From Candidatus Omnitrophota bacterium (GTDB lineage: Bacteria > Omnitrophota > Gorgyraeia > Gygaellales > Profunditerraquicolaceae): a stretch of 64,000 nt of DNA. Under the pieces are notes generated by a model. That model searched no databases. It had not been told where the DNA came from and saw nothing but the letters and a program-made list of their open reading frames with translations. A program made the position numbers and the translations under genes. Positions 19,516-27,488 of the stretch are shown piece after piece. Every line of letters starts with the position of its first letter. Within the stretch, counting starts at the first letter, position 1. The stretch is from contig QNCD01000001.1 in NCBI GenBank assembly GCA_003644385.1, forward strand, positions 598 through 64,597, given 5' to 3'.

Positions 19516-20769
19516 TCAGCTCTTTGCAAGTTCAGGATATAAGCTAAATCTTCGATTTAAAATCAATACTTTTTCTTTGATTTTAGCCAGTTCCTTCGGA
19601 TTATCGCTTGCCTCTATTGCCTCATAAATAAATTTTGCGACTTGGCGCATATGGTTTTCTTTCATCCCGCGCGTGGTCAATGCCGCTGTTCCCAAGCGTA
19701 TACCGCTTGTGGTAGCAGCGCTTTTTTTATCAAACGGTATAAGATTTTTATTGACGGTGATACCTGCTTTTTCTAATACCCCTGAGGCATCCGAACCGGT
19801 TATGCGCTTTTCGGTTAAATCAACAAGTATAAGGTGCGTATCCGTACCGCCTGAAACAATCCGGAAACCATACTTAGTCAGGGCTCTGGCCAACTCCCGC
19901 GAATTTTTTACAATTTGTCTCTGATAGGCCCTGAATTTCGGGCTCATTGCCTGCCGGAAAGCAACGGCTTTGGCGGCAATTACATGCATTAATGGCCCGC
20001 CTTGAATCCCGGGAAAGACTTCTTTATCGATTTTTTTGGCAAATTCTTTTTTGCAAATTACAAATCCGCCGCGCGGCCCCCTCAAAGTCTTATGGGTAGT
20101 AGAGGTAACAAAATCCGCATAAGGAACCGGAGAGGGATGAACCTTTCCCGCTACCAGCCCGGCGATATGCGCCATATCCACAAATAAATATGCTCCTACT
20201 TTATCGCAAATTTTACGGAATTCTTTAAAATCAATTTTCCTCGGATAAGCAGAGGCACCGGCTAAAATAAGTTTAGGTTTATACCTTTTAGCTAAATCTA
20301 AAATTTGCCCGTAATCCAGGACCTCACTCTTCTTATCTACGCCGTAGGTCACTACGTTATAAAACATCCCGGAAAAATTATAAGGGTGGCCGTGAGTTAA
20401 ATGCCCGCCGCAGGAAAGATCCATCGCCAAAATAGTATCTTGAAACTTAAGCGTTGCAAAATAAACCGCCATATTTGCCTGTGTGCCGGAATGTGCCTGG
20501 ACATTGACGTGCTCTGCGTTGAATAACTTTTTTGCCCGCTCGATTGCCAAGCTTTCTGCAGTATCCACATTAACGCAGCCCCCGTACCAGCGCGCATCGG
20601 GATAGCCTTCGGCATACTTGTTAGTTAATACCGAGCCTTGGGCTTCTAAGACCGCAGGATGAGTAAAGTTTTCCGATGCAATCAGCTCCAGATTATCCTG
20701 CTGCCTTTTTATCTCATTTTTTATCAGTAGATAAACATGAGGGTCGATTTTTTGAATATTTTTCATCAT
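19516..20769 (-). CDS. glyA: Serine hydroxymethyltransferase
   Basis: [33 protein letters not shown]. Confidence 0.98.
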   Translation of the reverse strand: MMKNIQKIDPHVYLLIKNEIKRQQDNLELIASENFTHPAVLEAQGSVLTNKYAEGYPDARWYGGCVNVDTAESLAIERAKKLFNAEHVNVQAHSGTQANMAVYFATLKFQDTILAMDLSCGGHLTHGHPYNFSGMFYNVVTYGVDKKSEVLDYGQILDLAKRYKPKLILAGASAYPRKIDFKEFRKICDKVGAYLFVDMAHIAGLVAGKVHPSPVPYADFVTSTTHKTLRGPRGGFVICKKEFAKKIDKEVFPGIQGGPLMHVIAAKAVAFRQAMSPKFRAYQRQIVKNSRELARALTKYGFRIVSGGTDTHLILVDLTEKRITGSDASGVLEKAGITVNKNLIPFDKKSAATTSGIRLGTAALTTRGMKENHMRQVAKFIYEAIEASDNPKELAKIKEKVLILNRRFSLYPELAKS

Positions 20770-21221
20770 CTTATCCTTATACCTTTTTCAATCTTTTTGA
20801 TTAAATTGAGACGTCTTTTATGCCTGCCGCCTAAAAAACTCGTATTTAACCAAGCGTTTACGATCCTTTTTGCTTGCGTAATATTCACAAAAGCAGAACC
20901 TAACACCAGTACATTGCTGTCGTTGTGTTTCCGCGAAAGGCCTGCGGCTTTAATATTAAGGCATAATGCCGCACGTACTCCTCTTAAGCGGTTAGCGACA
21001 ATGGAATTGCCGATACCGCTTTTACAAATTAAAATTCCCCTTTTAAATTTTCCATGGGAAACTCTACTTGCCAATGCATAAGCAAATTCAGGATAATCAC
21101 AACGCTGGCTGTTATGCGTTCCTAAATCTGTTACCAAAAAACCTTTGCTTTCTAAATAAGGCTTTAATTTCTCTTTTAAAGGGAATCCTGCGTGGTCGGA
21201 AGCGATAATTATTTTTTTCAT
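20766..21221 (-). CDS. rpiB: Ribose-5-phosphate isomerase B
   Basis: [29 protein letters not shown]. Confidence 0.94.
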   Translation of the reverse strand: MKKIIIASDHAGFPLKEKLKPYLESKGFLVTDLGTHNSQRCDYPEFAYALASRVSHGKFKRGILICKSGIGNSIVANRLRGVRAALCLNIKAAGLSRKHNDSNVLVLGSAFVNITQAKRIVNAWLNTSFLGGRHKRRLNLIKKIEKGIRIR

Positions 21222-22279
21222 ATTATATTAGCCACCCTCCCTATTGCTTCTTTTATAATTTCATAAGTCTCCTCAAAGAATTCATAAGGCCTTCCAATCG
21301 GATCAGCGATATCCATATTGTTATCATCTTCTATTTTAGCAAATTCCTTTAATAAAAAAACCCTGTTTTTAGCTTCGGGAGCCAATTCTAAGAGCCTTTT
21401 CTCATGAAGCTTCTCCATCACTAAAATTATATCTGACTTTCTGATCATCTCCTCGGTTATCCTCTGGGAACGGTGTGCGAATACATCCATCCCCTGCCGC
21501 ATTAAGACCTGTTTTGTTTCTTCGCTGGCGCCTAGTCCGGAGAACATCATTATTCCGGCAGATAAGACCTCAACGTCTTTGCGTTTTTTCTCTTTTAATT
21601 TCTTTTCCAGTAGCGCTTTAGCCATTACCGAACGGCAGGAATTTCCCGTACAGACAAAAAGTACTGTCCTCTTCTTCAGGATATCCTCTATATCTTCTTT
21701 TTTAATTGCGGCTTCCCTTATTACTTTCGGCGCAGATATAGTCAGGTCCACAATACTGGATTCTAACTTCAGCCGGGTAGGGCCGATATCTATTGCAAAA
21801 TCCACCTCTCCTGAAAAATCTTTTATCGCCTCTGCAAAATCAACCGGAGGCGGATTCCCTGATAAATTTGCCGAAGGCAAGACAACCGGAACATCTGCTA
21901 AAGTAATAACCTCGCGGGTAATCTCGCAATCCGGCATGCGTATGCCGATAGTGCCTTTATTATTTGATTTAAATATCAAAGTCAAAGGGCCGGGCCAGTA
22001 TTTTTCAATAAGCTTATAGGCTATAACCGGAATATCCGCGGCGAAATCCTTTATTTTTTCTTTTTTATCTATGTGTAAAGAAAAGGGTTTATCTTTCGGC
22101 CTCTTTTTGATTTCATACAATTTATCCAGAGTTTTTTTATTCAGCGCATTAGCGGCAATACCGTATACTGTTTCAGTAGGAAGGATTACTAGCCCGCCGC
22201 CGTTTAAAATATCCGCTGCCTCTTTGACACTGCTATTTTTTATATCGCCGGCATCCAGTTTAACTATCTTGGTCTTCAT
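21218..22279 (-). CDS. TsaC/Sua5 threonylcarbamoyl-AMP synthase fused to a low-molecular-weight protein phosphatase
   Basis: PTETVYG, KKRP, WPGPLT, PSANLSG, then CTGNSCRS and DIADPIG. Confidence 0.92.
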   Translation of the reverse strand: MKTKIVKLDAGDIKNSSVKEAADILNGGGLVILPTETVYGIAANALNKKTLDKLYEIKKRPKDKPFSLHIDKKEKIKDFAADIPVIAYKLIEKYWPGPLTLIFKSNNKGTIGIRMPDCEITREVITLADVPVVLPSANLSGNPPPVDFAEAIKDFSGEVDFAIDIGPTRLKLESSIVDLTISAPKVIREAAIKKEDIEDILKKRTVLFVCTGNSCRSVMAKALLEKKLKEKKRKDVEVLSAGIMMFSGLGASEETKQVLMRQGMDVFAHRSQRITEEMIRKSDIILVMEKLHEKRLLELAPEAKNRVFLLKEFAKIEDDNNMDIADPIGRPYEFFEETYEIIKEAIGRVANII

Positions 22280-22761
22280 GCTTTTATTTTTATCTTTTTA
22301 ATCTTTATCCGCATTTCTTTTTTAAATGCTGTCAGGCGCGATTTTATCTTTTTATCGGTAATGCCCAGGATTTCCAGGGCAAATATGGCAGCATTCTTAG
22401 CTCCTGGTTTACCTATAGCCATAGCGGCAACCGGAATTCCTCCGGGCATCTGGACCGTAGACAATAACGAATCCAGGCCTTTTAAACTTTTTGTCTCAAT
22501 AGGAATACCTATTACCGGTAAAACAGAGTGCGCGGCAACTACTCCCGCTAACGCGGCAGAGCCGCCTGCTGCGGCAATAAAGACCTTTATTCCTCTTTCG
22601 GATGCGGCTTCTACATATTGAGCTAATTCTTTAGGGCTGCGGTGTGCGGATAAAACTTTTATTTCAAAATCCGCTTTAAATTTTTTCAATAAATCAATTG
22701 CCTCTTTTACGGTTGTTAAATCCGATTGGCTGCCCATTATAATGCTGATTGCTCTGCCCAT
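22276..22761 (-). CDS. purE: N5-CAIR mutase
   Basis: IMGSQSD, SAHRSP, PVIGIP, VQMPGG; likely start MGRAIS at 22761. Confidence 0.96.
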   Translation of the reverse strand: MGRAISIIMGSQSDLTTVKEAIDLLKKFKADFEIKVLSAHRSPKELAQYVEAASERGIKVFIAAAGGSAALAGVVAAHSVLPVIGIPIETKSLKGLDSLLSTVQMPGGIPVAAMAIGKPGAKNAAIFALEILGITDKKIKSRLTAFKKEMRIKIKKIKIKA

Positions 22762-22774
22762 TAAACCCTCCGTT

Positions 22775-24073
22775 TTACAATGCTTTTGCCCCAATATCCT
22801 TACGATAATGCATGCCTTCAAAATTAATCATTCCCACTGCCTGGTAAGCCTTATCTATCGCCTCTTTTATAGTCTTTCCTAATCCGGCAACCCCCAAAAC
22901 CCTTCCGCCGTTAGTGACAAAACTTGTGACTTTGTGACCTTGTGACTTTGTGACCTTCTTTGTTCCCGCGTGAAAAACTGCCGTATCTTTAATCTTCGCA
23001 ACTTCCTTTAGTCCGGAAATCTCTTTGCCCTTCTCGTATTTTCCCGGATATCCTCTGGATGAACAGACTACACAAACGCAGGCGCGCTCATCCCATTTTA
23101 ACCCGTTATTCTTTAAAATACTGCTTAACTTTCTATCGCTTGCAGCAAGCATCACTTCTACTAAATCCGATTCAAGGCGCGGTAATATTGCCTGGGTCTC
23201 AGGATCTCCAAAACGCACATTAAATTCTAAAGTCCTGGGGCCCTCCTTAGTAATCATGATGCCTGCGTATAATGTCCCCTTATAATTTATGCCCTCTCTT
23301 ACTAAACCATCAATTGTAGGATGAATTATTTTTTCTAAAACTAACTTAAATAAGCCCGGGCTGACTACCGGCGCCGGAGAATATGCCCCCATACCTCCGG
23401 TATTCGGGCCTCTGTCGTTATCAAAAATGCGTTTATGGTCCTGGCTGGAAGCTAAAGGAATGACTGTTTTAGAATCTGTAATTACAATAATCGAGGCCTC
23501 CTCTCCCTCTAGGCATTCTTCGATGATTATCTCATTTCCCGCATCGCCGAAGATCTTATCCTGCATCATGGAATTTACTGCCTTCTTAGCCTCATCAGGA
23601 GTCTTTGCCACTACTACGCCTTTCCCCTGCGCTAAACCATCTGCCTTTACCACGCAAGGGCCATTGATCTTATCAATGTATTTCCTGGCTTCTTCGGGGT
23701 TATCAAAAATCTGAAAATCTGCAGTAGGGATTTTATATTTTGCCATTAATTCCTTGGCAAAAACCTTGCTTGCTTCCAGGCGCGCGCCTTTTTTACTTGG
23801 CCCGAATATTTTCAATTTATTATTTTCAAACTCATCCACAATACCTAAGGATAAAGGAACCTCAGGGCCCACTACTGTTAAATCAATTTTTTCCTGACGC
23901 GCAAAGTCTAATAACCGCCCGATATTCTCTACATTAATATCAATACACTCTGACAGCTGGGATATCCCGCCATTACCCGGCGCACAAAAAACCTTATCCA
24001 CCAGTTTCGACTGAGCTATCTTCCACACCAGCGCATGCTCCCTACCACCAGAACCAATAACCAGTATTCTCAT
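22775..24073 (-). CDS. purD: Phosphoribosylamine-glycine ligase
   Basis: GSGGREHA, KADGLAQGKG, QDHKR, GPNTGGMG, EFNVRFGDPE. Confidence 0.98.
   Translation of the reverse strand: MRILVIGSGGREHALVWKIAQSKLVDKVFCAPGNGGISQLSECIDINVENIGRLLDFARQEKIDLTVVGPEVPLSLGIVDEFENNKLKIFGPSKKGARLEASKVFAKELMAKYKIPTADFQIFDNPEEARKYIDKINGPCVVKADGLAQGKGVVVAKTPDEAKKAVNSMMQDKIFGDAGNEIIIEECLEGEEASIIVITDSKTVIPLASSQDHKRIFDNDRGPNTGGMGAYSPAPVVSPGLFKLVLEKIIHPTIDGLVREGINYKGTLYAGIMITKEGPRTLEFNVRFGDPETQAILPRLESDLVEVMLAASDRKLSSILKNNGLKWDERACVCVVCSSRGYPGKYEKGKEISGLKEVAKIKDTAVFHAGTKKVTKSQGHKVTSFVTNGGRVLGVAGLGKTIKEAIDKAYQAVGMINFEGMHYRKDIGAKAL
22923..22954. repeat. Four tandem YTTGTGAC octamers inside purD
   Basis: cttgtgac tttgtgac cttgtgac tttgtgac; encodes VTKSQGHKVTS. 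Confidence 0.9.
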
Positions 24074-24094
24074 AATTTAAACTATTATGTTTTA

Positions 24095-24321
24095 ACTGAA
24101 TCTGGCGGAATTTCGAGCGAATGGAGGTTTTAGTCAATGGAGCTTGAGTATTTTCGGGAATCCGAACGCGAAAGCATTCGGACGACGAGGATGTCCGAGC
24201 CCGTCTGGCGCGTGAGCGCCGACGGGGCGAGTCCCGCAGCCGCCGAAAATACGAAAGATCATTGACGTCCCCGCCTTTGGCAGGGAAAACCGACCTAAGC
24301 GAGAAAACCGACACATTCAGT
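24095..24321 (+). other. Highly structured GC-rich intergenic element (ncRNA or REP/MITE-like)
   Basis: Nested pairings ACTGAAT/ATTCAGT, GGTTTT/AAAACC, GTCAATG/CATTGAC, GTATTTTCGG/CCGAAAATAC; hairpins closed by GAAA and GTGA loops. Confidence 0.7.
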
Positions 24322-24339
24322 AACTATTTATTACTTCGC

Positions 24340-24354
24340 TAGGGACAGTCCCTA
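24340..24354. repeat. 15-bp palindrome TAGGGACAGTCCCTA overlapping the purM stop codon
   Basis: Perfect 7-bp arms around a central A. Confidence 0.7.
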
Positions 24355-25365
24355 TGCAATCTCTACTTGCTTCTTACCCTTAACCACCTTGCCAATAACC
24401 CAAGACTTCACCTTAGATTCGGCAAGTTTTGAAATTACTCCCTTGGCGAATTCCGGCGCGACAATCAAAACCATCCCCACACCCATATTAAAGGTATGGT
24501 ACATCTCTTTATCTTCTATACCGCCTTTATTCTGAATCAGGCGGAATATTTTCGGCACATTCCAGGCGCTTTTATTTATTGTTACATTGAAATTATCCGG
24601 TAAAATCCTGGCAATCTTATCATAAAACGCCCCTCCGGTAATGTGGGCGATTCCCTTGACAATCGGAGGCTGTCGCCTTAAAGCCGAAAGCAGAGAAATA
24701 ACCGGCTTAACATAAATGCGCGTGGGTTTAAGCAACTCATCGCTCATGCTCTTTAATTCGCTTTCAGAAAATACTCTGCGCACTAAGGAATATCCATTAG
24801 AGTGGACTCCGTTGGATTCCAAACCGATTACTATATCGCCTAAAGAAATTTTAGAACCGTCAATAATATTCTTACGCTCCACTATTCCCACGCAAAATCC
24901 TGATAAATCATAATCTCCGTCTTTGTAGAAACCGGGCATCTGGGCAGTTTCCCCTCCGATTAAAACGCATCCGGCCTCTAAACAACCTTCATTCACCCCC
25001 TTAACTACATCCACTAAAATATCAGAATCTAACTTACTGAAGGCAATGTAATCCAGGAAAAATAGCGTTTCAGCGCCCACGCACAAAATATCATTTACGT
25101 TCATTGCTACCGCATCAATACCCACAGTATCGTGTTTGTTGACTAAAAAGGCGATTTTTAACTTTGTTCCAACTCCGTCGGCAGAAGAGACCAGGATTGG
25201 GTCTTTGTATTTGATTTTAGAAAGGTCGAAGAGGCTGCCGAAGCCCCCTACGCCTTTTAAAACCGCGCTGCCGTATGACTTTTTAAGCGAACTTTTAAGT
25301 TTAGTTTTAAATTGATTTGCCTTTTCTATGTCCACTCCTGATTTTTTATAAGTCAGACCTTTCAT
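24352..25365 (-). CDS. purM: AIR synthetase
   Basis: TYKKSGVD, DGVGTK, GGETAQMPG, GVHSNGYS, AHITGG, TFNMGVG; ATGA overlap with the purF stop. Confidence 0.97.
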   Translation of the reverse strand: MKGLTYKKSGVDIEKANQFKTKLKSSLKKSYGSAVLKGVGGFGSLFDLSKIKYKDPILVSSADGVGTKLKIAFLVNKHDTVGIDAVAMNVNDILCVGAETLFFLDYIAFSKLDSDILVDVVKGVNEGCLEAGCVLIGGETAQMPGFYKDGDYDLSGFCVGIVERKNIIDGSKISLGDIVIGLESNGVHSNGYSLVRRVFSESELKSMSDELLKPTRIYVKPVISLLSALRRQPPIVKGIAHITGGAFYDKIARILPDNFNVTINKSAWNVPKIFRLIQNKGGIEDKEMYHTFNMGVGMVLIVAPEFAKGVISKLAESKVKSWVIGKVVKGKKQVEIA

Positions 25366-26762
25366 TTGTGCCCTCTCCCTGTCCAGCAATATAGACACAG
25401 TTTATCTTTAGGCAATCCTATAGCCTTGACCATATCGTTTAACTTTTGATATTTTAGTGTTGTGACCCCAAGGTCCTTTTTAATCCAATTGACCATTTTT
25501 TTGTATTTTATTCCGCCTTCATCCAGATACTTTTTTATATCTTTTGCCTCTCTTCCTTCGATTGCCTTTATTGCCCTTCGCGCAGCCAATTCGTGCGTAG
25601 AGCGGGTAGAAAAATTAAATTTGCAGGGAAACATTAAAGGCGGACATGCTACGCGCAGGTGGATTTCTTTAACCCCGCACTCACGAAGTTTTTGTACGGT
25701 ATAATTCTTAAGCTGGGTACCCCTGACAATGGAATCATCGCAGACTACAATACGCCTGCCTTTGATTATTTCCTGAACCGGAATAAGCTTCATCTTGGCA
25801 ATCAGGTCGCGAGTTTCTTGAGAAGGCGGAGTATAGCTACGGTCAAAACCGGGAGTATATTTCACCAAGGCTCTCCTAAAAGGTAACCTCGATTCCATAG
25901 CATAACCTATAGCATGGGTAGTCCCTGAATCCGGGATACCTGATACTACATCCCTTTTTGCTTTATCGCCCTTTGCCAGGAATGCTCCGCATTTTTCCCT
26001 GACTAGCTCTACGGTTATTCCTTCGTAAGAGGAAGCTGGGAATCCGGTATAAATCCATAAAAAGGCGCAGATCTGGTTAAAATTTTTCCCCTTGCGCTTG
26101 GTATTCATACCTTTTTTATTAATAAAAACGATCTCTCCCGGAGCTACATATTTTTTGATTTTAAATCCAAGATTGCTGAAAGCAGTAGTCTCGGTAGTTA
26201 CTGCCCAATCTGAGTTGCGCTTACCGATTACTAAAGGAGTATAACCAAACCTGTCCCGTGCGGCATAAATTCCGTCTTTGTTCATCAAAAGCAGCGAGCA
26301 TGAACCGTCGATTTTGGAAAACATAAATTCGATACCTTCAATAATATTTTTGCCCTGGATAATTAATTTTGCTGCCAATTCGGTCAAATTGACTGTTCCG
26401 TCGCTAACCTCGCTAAAAGACTGTCCTTTCTTATAAAGCTGAGTAGTAAGCTCATTGGCATTATCAATAAAACCATTGGTAACAATAGCAAACGGCCCGA
26501 ATTTCGAATGCGCGATAATCGGCTGTTCGTCTTTGGCACTAATCACTCCGATTCCCTGCCTACCTTTCATTCCCGGATAATCTTCATAAAATTTAGTCTT
26601 AAATTGGGCACCTTTTATATCGTGTATCTTACGAACCAGCTCCTTACCGTCCCAAATACACAATCCCGCAAACTGAGTCCCAAGATGAGAATGGTAATCT
26701 GTTCCGTAAAATAAATCTTGAGCGCAGTTATTTTTTGAAATAGTTCCGAAAATTCCGCTCAT
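25362..26762 (-). CDS. purF: Amidophosphoribosyltransferase, MSG-start variant lacking Cys1
   Basis: ARDRFG..PL, GIPDSG, DDSIVRGTQ, ACPP..FPC, LCLYCW; N-terminus MSGIFG. Confidence 0.9.
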   Translation of the reverse strand: MSGIFGTISKNNCAQDLFYGTDYHSHLGTQFAGLCIWDGKELVRKIHDIKGAQFKTKFYEDYPGMKGRQGIGVISAKDEQPIIAHSKFGPFAIVTNGFIDNANELTTQLYKKGQSFSEVSDGTVNLTELAAKLIIQGKNIIEGIEFMFSKIDGSCSLLLMNKDGIYAARDRFGYTPLVIGKRNSDWAVTTETTAFSNLGFKIKKYVAPGEIVFINKKGMNTKRKGKNFNQICAFLWIYTGFPASSYEGITVELVREKCGAFLAKGDKAKRDVVSGIPDSGTTHAIGYAMESRLPFRRALVKYTPGFDRSYTPPSQETRDLIAKMKLIPVQEIIKGRRIVVCDDSIVRGTQLKNYTVQKLRECGVKEIHLRVACPPLMFPCKFNFSTRSTHELAARRAIKAIEGREAKDIKKYLDEGGIKYKKMVNWIKKDLGVTTLKYQKLNDMVKAIGLPKDKLCLYCWTGRGHK

Positions 26763-26796
26763 TTTAACTCCTTTCTAAAACTATTTATAAAGGCAA

Positions 26797-27465
26797 TTAA
26801 GCATAAAATTTTTTAATTGCCTTAATAACATCTTTAGGGCTATCCGCTACTGAAAAAATATCTAAGTCTTTTGGGCTGATATTTCCGTTTTTTAAAACCG
26901 CAGACTTTAACCAATCAATCATGCCATGCCAGTATTCTTTGTCGAATAATATTACCGGAAATTTTTCTATGCGTTCAGTCTGGATAAGATTTATTGCTTC
27001 GGTGAACTCATCCAGCGTACCGTAGCCGCCGGGCATGATCACAAAGGCATTTGCGTATTTTACAAACATTACCTTGCGCACAAAGAAATAACGGAATTCC
27101 AATAAATTGTCAACGTATTGGTTAGGTTTTTGATCCAAGGGAATCTGGATATTTAAACCTATAGAGCGGCCTTTTGCTTTTCTGGCGCCTTTATTAGCGG
27201 CTTCCATTATCCCCGGGCCACTTCCAGTAATTATAGCGTATCCTTCCTTGGCTAAAAGAAAAGCAGTTTCTTCGGCCAGTTTATAGTATTTATTCCCTGG
27301 TTTTGTGCGGCTGGAACCAAATATAGATACTGCCTTGCCAAGCTGCGAAAGGACTTCAAAACCTTCGACAAACTCAGACATAATCCTGAATACGCGCCAG
27401 GGATCTTCAGCAAAATACCTGCTTTCGGAATCTTTTATTCTCATCTTCGGGCTCCTTTCGCTCAC
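26797..27465 (-). CDS. LOG family protein (TIGR00730-like nucleotide phosphoribohydrolase)
   Basis: SIFGSSR, GPGIMEAANKG, FFVRK, PGGYGTLDE. Confidence 0.93.
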   Translation of the reverse strand: MSERSPKMRIKDSESRYFAEDPWRVFRIMSEFVEGFEVLSQLGKAVSIFGSSRTKPGNKYYKLAEETAFLLAKEGYAIITGSGPGIMEAANKGARKAKGRSIGLNIQIPLDQKPNQYVDNLLEFRYFFVRKVMFVKYANAFVIMPGGYGTLDEFTEAINLIQTERIEKFPVILFDKEYWHGMIDWLKSAVLKNGNISPKDLDIFSVADSPKDVIKAIKKFYA

Positions 27466-27488
27466 AACAAAGCCAGCTTAACTTAAAA

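Noticed and set aside
24042-24316. 90-aa and 60-aa Arg-rich ORFs
   Set aside because: By-products of the GC-rich palindromic element; no Shine-Dalgarno site or protein features.
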